From: Flavobacteriales bacterium
GTDB lineage: Bacteria > Bacteroidota > Bacteroidia > NS11-12g > UBA955
Length of the DNA: 64,000 nucleotides
NCBI GenBank assembly: GCA_947463125.1
Contig: CANHQZ010000004.1
Span: 22,838-86,837 of the forward strand
Direction of reading: 5' to 3'
Below are positions 16,048 through 25,234 of the stretch, piece by piece (within the stretch, counting starts at the first letter, position 1; each line of letters opens with the position of its first letter). The notes beneath the pieces are model-generated. The model was not told where the DNA came from. It worked only from the letters and a program-made list of their open reading frames with translations, and made no database searches. Position numbers and translations under genes: made by a program.

Positions 16048-16674
16048 TTACACCCCGGTATAAAATTCTGTTTTTTCGGTAGTGTGGCTGCGCACCACGC
16101 CCAGACTCATCAGGTTTACCAGGGTGCGTGAAGCCCTGCGACGGCTGATGTTGAACATTTTACAAATCTGTGCCATGGTTATACGTTCATTTTTGCTTAA
16201 ATAATCCAGTATGCCGCGTTCTATGTGGCCCATAGGCACGGTAGTGTCTGTTTTTTGCTGTTGTCTTTTCAGAAAATCAACGGTGGTTTTGCTGGCCAGC
16301 AGGCTTTTGTCATTTACACGCACATACACCCACCAATGTCCTTCCTCATCTTTTGCATAGTAGGGCTTATCCGAACCATCCGGCACCTTCACTTCGAGCA
16401 ATGTTTTGCCTTCAGCTTCGTGCTCAATAATTTCAATTTCCAGTTCGGGCCGGCAGTAGAAGTGGGCAGCCATATCCAGCATGTATTTTTCATCTTCGCT
16501 GCGCACGCCACACAGGGTTTTGTTATCGCGCACACCCATCAGCAGCACACCGCCTTTTGTATTGGCAAAGCTCACCATGGTTTTGGCAATTTTTGCCGCA
16601 CTGCTCACGGACTGCTTAAAATCAAGGGTTGTACCCTCGCCATCTTTGAGGTATTTGCGCAAAACGGGGTTCAT
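16048..16674 (-). CDS. AlbA_2 (Schlafen-like, divergent AAA-4) DNA-binding domain protein with a C-terminal winged HTH
   Basis: EGTTLDFKQS...IAKTMVSFANTKGGVLLMGV...PYYAKD is the AlbA_2 pattern. The C-terminus ILDYLSKNERITMAQICKMFNISRRRASRTLVNLMSLGVV looks like a wHTH. The start overlaps the M16 stop (ATGA). Confidence 0.7.
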   Translation of the reverse strand: MNPVLRKYLKDGEGTTLDFKQSVSSAAKIAKTMVSFANTKGGVLLMGVRDNKTLCGVRSEDEKYMLDMAAHFYCRPELEIEIIEHEAEGKTLLEVKVPDGSDKPYYAKDEEGHWWVYVRVNDKSLLASKTTVDFLKRQQQKTDTTVPMGHIERGILDYLSKNERITMAQICKMFNISRRRASRTLVNLMSLGVVRSHTTEKTEFYTGV

Positions 16675-17906
16675 GAGGGTAGAAATGTGCGGTAACTAAA
16701 CCGTTCTTCCTGTAAAATCTCATTTGCAACATCCAGAATATCGGCGGCTGATATTTTTTCGATTTTCCGAATAACCTCCTCTAGGGTTTCCGCCCGGCCA
16801 TGCCTTAAAATGCCTTTGCCTATGTGCACGAGCAGGCTGCTTCGGTTTTCATCTGCCATCACAATCTGTCCCTGAAACTGATTTTTTACGGCAGAGAGCT
16901 GGCGTATACCCAGTTTCACTTCCCTGAGTTTCTTTAGTTCTTTTTGAATCAGCTCGGTGCTCTTTTGAACATAGCGCGCATCACAGCTCAGGTAACAATG
17001 AAAAAGACCTGCATCCTTGTAAGATTGATAACCGCTTTCCACATGATAGGTGTAGCCGTATTTTTCGCGTATGCCGAGGTTTAAGCGGCTGTTCAATCCA
17101 GGACCCCCCAATAGGTTGTTTAAAAGCAGTAGAGACCATCTTTTGGGGTGGTTTTCGGGGTATGCCGGTATGCCCATGATGGTATACGCTCCGCTAAAAT
17201 CTGTTTTTTCAGTTGTAGCAGAGGGTTTATAGGTCAACGATTGGCTATGTTTTATCAAATGGGATCTGTGCCGGATATCGGGCATGAAACGTTCTGCATA
17301 CCGAGTGGCTTTTTCGGATGAGATATTACCCACCACTACAAAGACCATATTTTCAGTCGTATAGTTTTTCTCGGTAAAGTGAAGGATGTCATTGCGGCCA
17401 ATTCCCTTTAGTGAATCAATGCTCCCCAGAATATTGTGGGCCAGCGGATGAGACCCAAATACCTGCTCCTGAAATTCATCATAGATGTTTTCATCCGGTG
17501 TATCCAGGTACATGCTGATTTCATCCGCAATCACTTTTTTCTCTTTGGTTAATTCTGCTTCGGGAATATTGCTGTTGAAGGTTACATCGCACAGAATATC
17601 GACGGCGCGGGCGTAATGGGGAGCCTGAACCGTTGCGTAAATAGCCGTAAGCTCCTTGGTGGTGAACGCATTCATTTCTCCGCCCACTACTTCAAGCGCA
17701 TTCAGCACATGAATGGTTTTGCGGCGGTGTGTACCCTTAAAAAGCATGTGCTCCAGGCAATGGGCCAGACCCGGATGCTCTTCGTCATTTCGGCTTCCTG
17801 CACCGATAATAAAACCGCAATGCACCAGCCGCGTGCCTGCAACCCGTTTGTGTGCAAGCCTCATACCGGAGGATAGCGTATGCAAGGTATAATCGGGTTG
17901 TTTCAT
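16671..17906 (-). CDS. M16 (pitrilysin/insulinase) family zinc peptidase
   Basis: Inverted zinc motif HCLEH (HxxEH) followed by MLFKGT. 411 aa from the ATG at 17906. A TACCTTTG box sits 4 nt upstream. Confidence 0.85.
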   Translation of the reverse strand: MKQPDYTLHTLSSGMRLAHKRVAGTRLVHCGFIIGAGSRNDEEHPGLAHCLEHMLFKGTHRRKTIHVLNALEVVGGEMNAFTTKELTAIYATVQAPHYARAVDILCDVTFNSNIPEAELTKEKKVIADEISMYLDTPDENIYDEFQEQVFGSHPLAHNILGSIDSLKGIGRNDILHFTEKNYTTENMVFVVVGNISSEKATRYAERFMPDIRHRSHLIKHSQSLTYKPSATTEKTDFSGAYTIMGIPAYPENHPKRWSLLLLNNLLGGPGLNSRLNLGIREKYGYTYHVESGYQSYKDAGLFHCYLSCDARYVQKSTELIQKELKKLREVKLGIRQLSAVKNQFQGQIVMADENRSSLLVHIGKGILRHGRAETLEEVIRKIEKISAADILDVANEILQEERFSYRTFLPS

Positions 17907-17910
17907 GATG

Positions 17911-17918
17911 CAAAGGTA
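17911..17918 (-). promoter_or_regulatory. -7 box TACCTTTG for the M16 peptidase operon
   Basis: Exact TAnnTTTG match, only 4 nt from the ATG, which implies a leaderless or near-leaderless mRNA. Confidence 0.5.
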
Positions 17919-17931
17919 GGGCTGTAAAACA

Positions 17932-17957
17932 GTCATGCCGGACTACGCCGGCATGAC
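17932..17957 (-). terminator. Hairpin terminator after the Calx-beta T9SS gene
   Basis: Perfect 10-bp stem GTCATGCCGG / CCGGCATGAC with a 6-nt loop, 22 nt past the stop at 17979, followed on the minus strand by TGTTTTA. Confidence 0.55.
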
Positions 17958-17978
17958 CATTGAAAAACAGAAAACAAA

Positions 17979-20900
17979 CTATTTTACCAGCAGCTTATCG
18001 CTGAAGACACCTTTGGGTGTTTGGATGGTAACACCATACACACCGGAAGGCAGATTTACATTGAATTGTGCCCGCGTTGCATTCGGTGTCAGCTGCAAAA
18101 CCTGCGTGCCGTTTACAGCAAATATTTCAATACGCTGCAGGACTTCTGATGAACTGAAATAAACAGCTCCTGATGCCGGATTGGGATACATGCGGATATT
18201 GCCCAGGGCAAGGCTGCGCGTAGCTGATGCCTCATTGTCATTGATAACGAGGGTAAGTACTGAATCTTTACCGGCTTCGCCGGGGCCGTTCACATTGCGG
18301 ATGCCAAACTTCAGGGTTTGCGGTCCGTCAGATTCATTGTCATCGCTGATATTGGCTTTTCCGAAGAAATAGCTGTTATTTTTCAGCACATTGATGGTGC
18401 GGCCGGTAAAGTCGTAATCGCGCGGCGAGGTGGCGGTACCGCCAATCGCAACCACATCAAAACTGAAGTTTTCTTCGGTTGGAAGCACTTCCAACTCAAA
18501 GCGGAAACTATCGGCCAGTTCGGTGATGGTGTCGGTAGGTTTGATAAAGTTGATTTTGGGCAAAGGAGCCTTCACAATATCAGCAAGGTTTCTGGGTGTA
18601 AGAACATAACGTGTCGTAAATGGCGATGAGTTATCGAATTGCTGGCAAACACCCGTGATGTTAAGATAACCCTGAGGCGCAGGCGTTCCATCGAGTTCAG
18701 TCTCTGCATCAACATTCAATGTATCTACTGTGCCGTCTGTGTTTTGGTAACGCACATATTTGAATCCGTTATTTGCCAGTGCTGCTGTGGGCCATTCTGC
18801 AGGATCAACCAGTTTTACCCTGCGTACCTGAACCATTCTGCTTTCGAGGTTTTCAGTCATGTCACTAACCACCTGCGGAGCAGGAAGGGTTCGGTTTCCG
18901 GCAATAAATATGATGGTATCCAGCAAATCCATTTGCACCGTGCCCCAAAACTGGCGTACAGTTCCCTGAATCAGGACGGAATCTCCAATTTTAGGTGTGT
19001 AGCTGAAATTGCGGTTCGATGCGAATACGGCAATTCCACCTGTATTATCCTGAACAACAAAATTCAAGCCCGGATTAGCCCTAAGGTTACCCGTGGTTAC
19101 AGTTCCTGCAACCTTGCATTTTACATTCAGTGAGTCTGCCGTTTTGGCTGCATTGCTTTGGGTGTTGATTTTTGCGATTGTGTAAAAGGGCAAATCATCG
19201 TTATTGATGAAAACATCAAAGGTATCGGGCTTAAGTACCGATGCATTGGAAAGATTTTCCAGCACAAAGGTTATTTTTTCTCTGGGCTCAAAGTTGTTGT
19301 CGTTGATGACAGGTACTTTGAAAATGATGGTATCCGGGGTGAATTCATCGATGGTAGTAATTTTGGCTGAGCCAAAAATATAATCAACGCCATCTACTGC
19401 GGATGAAACAGAAGGTACATCACGAATTACAAAGTCAGCCGATGCATCTGAACGGGATGCAACCACCACCCTCACGGTCGCTTCTGCGTCTTTTTCAAAT
19501 ATCGTCTGGGTTCTGCCTGCAAAGCGGATTTTGGCCGGGCCGTCATTATCGGTTATCACAAGGGTAAACAAGGAATCCGAAAGAACCGCGGGGCCTGATA
19601 GTTGGCGAACACAAAGAATTATGGTGTCGTTCGGATCGGCAACAAAATCATCAATAATCTTTGATAGAATGGTCACACTGTCAGGTCCGGTGGTCTTGCC
19701 GAGAGAGAATACGGAATCGGTGGTGCTGTTGCCAAGCTTATATTCGGTAGGAATGAAGGTACTGTCGCCTTTGGCTTTTACAAACAGGCGAATAACACTC
19801 TGGTTGCTTACCGCTTTATCCATCTTGATTTTTACACCAATGGTGGATGCATTTTCCTTGGCGGTTACTGTTTTGGGACCCAGCACGATGTTCGGAATAT
19901 CATCGTCCTTGATGTTTACGGTATGGGCTACCTCAGTACCAATTACACAGTTTGACGCCTGATCCAATCTGAGTACGATGGTTTCTGTGTTTTCAGAAGC
20001 ATTGTCATTGATGATGGATATTTTGGTCGTGTCTGAAACCTGCGCTCCAGGTGTGAAAGTAATTACTTTGGGCTCAGTTAAGGTATAGTCAACGTTCTTA
20101 TCTGCTGTACCCCCTACAAGATACAGTCTTACCGACTGGTTTGCATCATTGCTGTATTTACGCACTACATACACATCTGTGGTTATTGCAAATTCAGATG
20201 GGTTTGTATTTCTTGTCCAAAATTCAACCATCGGAGGGGTTAATGCGGCATCATTCAACCCCAGGGCTATTGGCGACAAGCCGGTTTTGGGATTTATAGT
20301 GTTTTTCGCCGCAGGTCCCCAGATTCCGTCGGCATCGGTATTGGCATATACCTCTGCTCCTGTTTTAAAATTGAGATTTACAATGCGTCTTACTCCGCTA
20401 GCATTGGTATTGGGTATGATGGCACCCCAGTTTCCGTTTCTTCCATTTACACTGTCTGTGTAAAAAGGTGCTGCACCGGTTGCTGCGCTTGTGCCAAAAG
20501 CAGCAACACCTTCAGATTCTACGTAGGTAAGCGAAAGAGGGCGATCTGATCCGGTAGTGTTGTCGTAGAGCGCTACGAAATTTCTGGGGGCAGCCATGCT
20601 TCGGCCCCAAACACCTGAGCAGAAACTGTCACCTGTATTTGAAGTATTCGAAAAGCCGAGAACCCTGATGGAATCAGAACAATAAAGACGGGATATTACA
20701 GGAGGTGTAGCCACACTGCGCAGTGTTAGTCCGATGTAAACATGTTTTCCTGCAACAAATCGTGTTGCATTGCTGGTATAAACAAAACCAAACCAGCCTT
20801 CATAAGACCCCATACCGTCGGAAGTAAATGTATCAATTGAAGGGCCTGTCGTCCAGCCTACTGACCCACCGTTATTGTATTTGAATCCATTGGTGTCAAT

Positions 20901-21155
20901 TAACATTGCATTTCCGGCACCCGCAAAATCTGTGCTTAGCTTAAAATCAGCGGCAATCATTGCTCTGGTAGAATACTGATACTGGGTATTTGGAACAAGC
21001 CCTGCCAGTTTAAGCCTTGCCACCACTGGCAGGCGTGTAGAACCCCCTGATGCCATATACTTTGGCACTATTACCCCTAAAACACCGTTAGAGGTATATT
21101 GGGCCGAAAGCTGACAGCTGACAGCCATCATTAGCATAAAAATAAGTTTTTTCAT
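17979..21155 (-). CDS. Large secreted Calx-beta domain protein with a T9SS C-terminal sorting domain
   Basis: Signal peptide MKKLIFMLMMAVSCQLSAQ. Several Calx-beta-like units (GGTADKNVDYTL...ISIINDNASENTETIVLRL; DGVDYIF...VPVINDNNFEPREKITF; GGTATSPRDYDF...ISDDNESDG). An OB-fold-like segment (VKCKVAGTVTTGN...FVVQDNTGGIAVF...GDSVLIQGTV.QFWGTVQM). The C-terminus MYPNPASGAVYF...GVYGVTIQTPKGVFSDKLLVK is a type-A T9SS CTD. Confidence 0.85.
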   Translation of the reverse strand: MKKLIFMLMMAVSCQLSAQYTSNGVLGVIVPKYMASGGSTRLPVVARLKLAGLVPNTQYQYSTRAMIAADFKLSTDFAGAGNAMLIDTNGFKYNNGGSVGWTTGPSIDTFTSDGMGSYEGWFGFVYTSNATRFVAGKHVYIGLTLRSVATPPVISRLYCSDSIRVLGFSNTSNTGDSFCSGVWGRSMAAPRNFVALYDNTTGSDRPLSLTYVESEGVAAFGTSAATGAAPFYTDSVNGRNGNWGAIIPNTNASGVRRIVNLNFKTGAEVYANTDADGIWGPAAKNTINPKTGLSPIALGLNDAALTPPMVEFWTRNTNPSEFAITTDVYVVRKYSNDANQSVRLYLVGGTADKNVDYTLTEPKVITFTPGAQVSDTTKISIINDNASENTETIVLRLDQASNCVIGTEVAHTVNIKDDDIPNIVLGPKTVTAKENASTIGVKIKMDKAVSNQSVIRLFVKAKGDSTFIPTEYKLGNSTTDSVFSLGKTTGPDSVTILSKIIDDFVADPNDTIILCVRQLSGPAVLSDSLFTLVITDNDGPAKIRFAGRTQTIFEKDAEATVRVVVASRSDASADFVIRDVPSVSSAVDGVDYIFGSAKITTIDEFTPDTIIFKVPVINDNNFEPREKITFVLENLSNASVLKPDTFDVFINNDDLPFYTIAKINTQSNAAKTADSLNVKCKVAGTVTTGNLRANPGLNFVVQDNTGGIAVFASNRNFSYTPKIGDSVLIQGTVRQFWGTVQMDLLDTIIFIAGNRTLPAPQVVSDMTENLESRMVQVRRVKLVDPAEWPTAALANNGFKYVRYQNTDGTVDTLNVDAETELDGTPAPQGYLNITGVCQQFDNSSPFTTRYVLTPRNLADIVKAPLPKINFIKPTDTITELADSFRFELEVLPTEENFSFDVVAIGGTATSPRDYDFTGRTINVLKNNSYFFGKANISDDNESDGPQTLKFGIRNVNGPGEAGKDSVLTLVINDNEASATRSLALGNIRMYPNPASGAVYFSSSEVLQRIEIFAVNGTQVLQLTPNATRAQFNVNLPSGVYGVTIQTPKGVFSDKLLVK

Positions 21156-21172
21156 TTAATTGATTAGATGGG

Positions 21173-21180
21173 CAAATTTA
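21173..21180 (-). promoter_or_regulatory. -7 box TAAATTTG for the Calx-beta T9SS gene
   Basis: Exact TAnnTTTG match, 17 nt upstream of the ATG at 21155. Confidence 0.5.
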
Positions 21181-21230
21181 CCATAAAGAGATTGAATGGC
21201 AACAACAAATTAGTGCATGTTAACGATACC

Positions 21231-21935
21231 TTAATCCTTTGCATAGGCGATGCTGTGAATATCAATACGTTGTGCCCCTGCCAACTGCAGTGTTCTGGCG
21301 CAAGCTTCCATTGTTGCTCCGGTTGTAACAACATCATCCACCAGCATTATGGATTTGCCTTTGATTTCCTCCGGGTTTGAAATAAAAAACACATCTTCCA
21401 CATTGCGCCATCGGTCCCACCGTGATTTGCGTGTTTGGGTTTGGGTAAAAGTGCGTCGCTGCAGTGCGGTTGTATTTACAGGAATATTCATTTTTGCACC
21501 CAATCCCTGCGCAAAAGCCTCACTTTGATTATAACCCCGCTGCTTTTGCTTTTTGCGATGCAGCGGAACAGGAATGATGCAATCTGCAGGCTTAATACCC
21601 GATTTCAACAATTCTTCACCGTACATTTCTCCCATCCATACCGCCAGATTGCGGTTGTCTCGGTACTTTATTTCGTGAAGCAGCTGACGGGTAATACCAC
21701 CACTGCGAAAAACCAGAAAGGCACCCGCCTGCCCCAAGGGTATCCGGCCGCGAAAAACCTTGAACACAGCATTTTCAGTAGGATCAACCAGCCTGGCTTT
21801 TGGCAGTTTTTTAAGGCAATATACACATAAATGTTTTTCCGATTTCACCAGTGCCAAGTGGCATAGTACGCAAACCCTCGGGTAAAACAGCCGGCGCAAA
21901 CTCATCCAAAAAAACCGAAGGTATTGTAATTTCAT
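21231..21935 (-). CDS. comF: ComF family protein (phosphoribosyltransferase fold)
   Basis: N-terminal double CxxC (CVLCHLAL...CVYCLKKL) and the PRTase motif IMLVDDVVTTGATMEA. An alternative start is the ATG at 21905. Confidence 0.8.
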   Translation of the reverse strand: MKLQYLRFFWMSLRRLFYPRVCVLCHLALVKSEKHLCVYCLKKLPKARLVDPTENAVFKVFRGRIPLGQAGAFLVFRSGGITRQLLHEIKYRDNRNLAVWMGEMYGEELLKSGIKPADCIIPVPLHRKKQKQRGYNQSEAFAQGLGAKMNIPVNTTALQRRTFTQTQTRKSRWDRWRNVEDVFFISNPEEIKGKSIMLVDDVVTTGATMEACARTLQLAGAQRIDIHSIAYAKD

Positions 21936-22007
21936 TCAACGAATTTAATCTATTTATATAAGATATCCGAATTGTCCCCGATTTAGAGGAACTTTGTATC
22001 GCAAATC

Positions 22008-23804
22008 ATGGAGCGCAGAGATATTCCCAAACAGAAGATAAACAAGTACGCCATTCGCAAATCACTGCGGTTGTTTGGGCTGATGCCTGCATCAGACAGG
22101 TGGCTGCTGGCACTGGGAACCCTCTTCCTTGCCATAACGGCAGGCACTGCGCTGCTCTTTCCCGACTTGCTGGGCAGGATGGTGGATGCCTACACCGACG
22201 TAAACAAACTGCAGGAAAGTGCCATGGCATTTTTATACCTGTTTATTGCCCAGGCTTTGTTTTCATTCCTGCGCATCGGATTGTATGTTCGGGTGGCCGA
22301 GAACCTTACAGCCGTGCTCAGAAACAGGCTGTATAAAGCTGTTTTGCTGCAAAACATGGATTTCTTCCATCAAAACCGAACAGGAGATCTTCTCAGCCGA
22401 TTTACCGCAGACATCGGACAAATACAGGATACCTTCACCAGCAATCTCGCCATGTTTCTGCGCCAGCTGATGGTTATTCTGGGCGGGATTGTGTACTTGT
22501 TTTTTACCAGCAACACCCTATCGCTGTATATGCTGGGAACTGTCCCTGTGGTGGTAATTATTTCGCTGTTTTTTGGTAGGTTTATCCGCAAAATTGGCAG
22601 ACAGGTGCAGGAACTAACCGGAAACAACAGCGTTATTGCCGAAGAGACCTTTACGGGTATACAAAACGTGAAAGCATTCACCAATGAAGATTATGAAATG
22701 CGCAGGTATGGCCGTGACGTGGAACAGTTGCGAAAAAAGAGCATTTTCAGGGGGTTGATGCGGGGTGCCTTCAGCAGTTTCATCATTGTTTGTCTTTTTG
22801 GCAGCATTGTATGGCTTATTTTTCTGGGACTCGGCATGGTGAGATCGGGAGAAATGGCACTGGGAGAACTAATCAGTTTCATGTTTTTTACCGGTTTTAT
22901 CGGCGGAAGCATTGGTGGTATGGCGGAACAATTTGTGCAAATCCAGAAAACACTGGGCGCTGTGGAGCGTGTGCTGGATTTAATTGAAAAGCCTACCGAG
23001 CGGCTGAATGGGCATGCCGGGGCACCTGAAGTGATTGCAGGCAGCGTTGCATTTGATAATGTTTCCTTCAGTTATCCCGGAAGACCGGATTACCCCGTGC
23101 TGGAAAACATAAACCTGTCGGTGGAAGCGGGAAAAAGCCTGGCCATTGTAGGTCCAAGCGGAGCCGGAAAAAGCACAGTTATAAATCTATTGTATCGTTT
23201 TTACGAGCCCGACCAAGGACAAATTCTGCTGGGCGGAAAACCTATATCAGATCTGGATCTGTATACCCTGAGAAGTCAGCTCGCATTGGTTCCCCAGGAG
23301 ATTTTACTGTTTGGCGGAAGCATATACGAAAACATTCAGTATGGCAATCCTGAAGCCGGAAAAGAAGCTGTCATTCAGGCCGCAAAAATGGCCAATGCAC
23401 ATGATTTTATTTCTGCGTTTCCGGAAGGCTATGAAACCATTGTGGGTGACCGGGGAATCAAACTGAGCGGCGGGCAGCGACAGCGCATTGCCATTGCCAG
23501 AGCCATGCTGAGAAACCCACAGTTGCTGATACTGGATGAAGCCACCAGCAGCCTGGACACAGAAAGCGAACAGCAGGTGCAGTCTGCCCTAAAAACCCTG
23601 ATGAAAGACCGCACCAGTATTGTAATTGCACACCGGCTTAGTACCATTCGCCACGCAGATACAATTGTAGTGTTGAAACAAGGTAAAATCATCGAACAAG
23701 GCAGTCACGAAATGCTGATGAATATGGAAGACGGTTACTACCGCAAAATGGTGGAGCGACAGCAGGACCACACCGATTTCATCAACCACCACGAAAATCC
23801 GTAA
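22008..23804 (+). CDS. ABC exporter, fused permease and ATPase (MsbA/ABCB type)
   Basis: Six-TM N-terminal half, Walker A GPSGAGKST, signature LSGGQRQRIAIARA, Walker B LLILDEATSSLD. Confidence 0.9.
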   Translation: MERRDIPKQKINKYAIRKSLRLFGLMPASDRWLLALGTLFLAITAGTALLFPDLLGRMVDAYTDVNKLQESAMAFLYLFIAQALFSFLRIGLYVRVAENLTAVLRNRLYKAVLLQNMDFFHQNRTGDLLSRFTADIGQIQDTFTSNLAMFLRQLMVILGGIVYLFFTSNTLSLYMLGTVPVVVIISLFFGRFIRKIGRQVQELTGNNSVIAEETFTGIQNVKAFTNEDYEMRRYGRDVEQLRKKSIFRGLMRGAFSSFIIVCLFGSIVWLIFLGLGMVRSGEMALGELISFMFFTGFIGGSIGGMAEQFVQIQKTLGAVERVLDLIEKPTERLNGHAGAPEVIAGSVAFDNVSFSYPGRPDYPVLENINLSVEAGKSLAIVGPSGAGKSTVINLLYRFYEPDQGQILLGGKPISDLDLYTLRSQLALVPQEILLFGGSIYENIQYGNPEAGKEAVIQAAKMANAHDFISAFPEGYETIVGDRGIKLSGGQRQRIAIARAMLRNPQLLILDEATSSLDTESEQQVQSALKTLMKDRTSIVIAHRLSTIRHADTIVVLKQGKIIEQGSHEMLMNMEDGYYRKMVERQQDHTDFINHHENP

Positions 23805-23808
23805 TGCC

Positions 23809-24546
23809 ATGTGGAAGCAGCTAAAACGTTTTGCATGGTTTTGGTTTAAAAGTCCCCAGCGCAGAAGACTGGGGCATATGAGCACCATATTTACTGATGT
23901 AAGGGGATTGGCCGGCTTGGTTTTTCGACCAAAATGCAAAGAGACGATATGGGTTTGCGTGGGTATAAAAGACAGATCAGACAATCTGAAAAGACTGGTG
24001 GAAAGTCTGTTAAACATCAACCGAAAGGATGCATTTGCACTTTCGGTGTACGATCAGGGCAGTGAAGATGCGAATACGTTGCGGGAATGGCTCGAAGAAC
24101 AATGGAAGGGAGCGCTGGTTTGGCAAAGCGTGCCGGCCACATTTACAAGGGCTGTGGCTTGTAACGGAGCTATAGCACAAGCCGAAGGTAATTTAATTTT
24201 TGTGTGCGATGCAGATATGACATTACCGGCAGATCTTGAAAAACACATCAGGCGCTATGTGCGGCAAAGCAGTGCCTGGTTTCCGGTTTGCCAAAGCCAG
24301 CTAAGCCCCGAAAAAAAAGACTGGAAATGGCTTACCGCCGGCACGGGGTTGTTTGCCGGACACAGACAATGGCACGCACAAGAACTGGTTTACAGCGAAA
24401 CATATACACAGTGGGGCGGTGAAGACTGGGATATGTTTTTCAGATTTTATCAAAACGGCATCATGCCTTTGCGCACAAGGTGTGCCGGACTTTACCATCA
24501 CTGGCATCCCTCACTTGAGCCACCGGATTATAAACCTGTATTTTAG
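23809..24546 (+). CDS. Glycosyltransferase-like protein with a beta-1,4-galactosyltransferase-type C-terminal motif
   Basis: CDADM (DxD) and WGGEDWDMFFR, which resembles the WGxEDxD motif of the Glyco_transf_7C domain. It starts 4 nt after the ABC stop. The true start may be the ATG at 23878. Confidence 0.6.
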   Translation: MWKQLKRFAWFWFKSPQRRRLGHMSTIFTDVRGLAGLVFRPKCKETIWVCVGIKDRSDNLKRLVESLLNINRKDAFALSVYDQGSEDANTLREWLEEQWKGALVWQSVPATFTRAVACNGAIAQAEGNLIFVCDADMTLPADLEKHIRRYVRQSSAWFPVCQSQLSPEKKDWKWLTAGTGLFAGHRQWHAQELVYSETYTQWGGEDWDMFFRFYQNGIMPLRTRCAGLYHHWHPSLEPPDYKPVF

Positions 24547-24550
24547 AAAC

Positions 24551-25165
24551 ATGGAAGCCGATGTTTTTTTCACAGACGGTTGCGGCCGCTGCCCACTGGG
24601 AGGAACCCCCGGATGCAAAGTGCATCAATGGCGGGAAGAAGTGCTGATGCTGAGGGAAATATTGCTTCAAAGCGGGCTAACGGAAACCAGAAAATGGGGG
24701 GTTCCATGCTATGTTCATGGCAAAAAAAATGTGGTTTTACTTAGCGTACTCAAGGAATCTGCTACACTTAGTTTTCTGAAGGGCGCTCTGCTATCTGACC
24801 CGGCTAAACTGTTGCACAAACCCGGTGAAAACAGCCAGGCGGCGCGGTATATGAAATTCACATCACCGGATCAGGTTTTGGCCCAGTCAGCGGAGATCAG
24901 CGCCTATGTTCGTGAAGCCGTTAAACTGGAAGAATCCGGCCAAAAAGTAGTTTTTAAAGCGCCACAAGACCAAGCCATGTGCGATGAATTGCAAGAAGTA
25001 CTGAAAAGTGATGTGGAACTGAATACTGCATTTTATGCGCTTACACCGGGGCGGCAACGGGGCTATATTCTGTTTTTCGGGGGTGCCAAACAAGCCAAAA
25101 CACGCATGGAGCGGATAGACAAATGGAGAGATAAAATTTTGCAGGGAAAAGGAATGCAGGATTGA
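24551..25165 (+). CDS. YdeI/OmpD-associated family protein (DUF1801-like N-terminal part)
   Basis: MEADVFFTDGCGRCPLGG...WGVPCY and C-terminal ...TPGRQRGYILFFGGAKQAKTRMERIDK. Start set at the ATG at 24551. The track ORF from 24353 overlaps the preceding gene. Confidence 0.65.
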   Translation: MEADVFFTDGCGRCPLGGTPGCKVHQWREEVLMLREILLQSGLTETRKWGVPCYVHGKKNVVLLSVLKESATLSFLKGALLSDPAKLLHKPGENSQAARYMKFTSPDQVLAQSAEISAYVREAVKLEESGQKVVFKAPQDQAMCDELQEVLKSDVELNTAFYALTPGRQRGYILFFGGAKQAKTRMERIDKWRDKILQGKGMQD

Positions 25166-25234
25166 TGGGTAAAACACAGATCAAAATATATCCTTTCAAA
25201 AATTTTTACTAATTCCCTCCCATCTTTGCACTGC

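Noticed and set aside
24353-24550. An upstream extension of the YdeI-like ORF that overlaps the glycosyltransferase gene by ~190 nt.
   Set aside because: The family-typical N-terminus (MEADVFF.DGCGRCP) starts at the ATG at 24551, 4 nt after the preceding stop.
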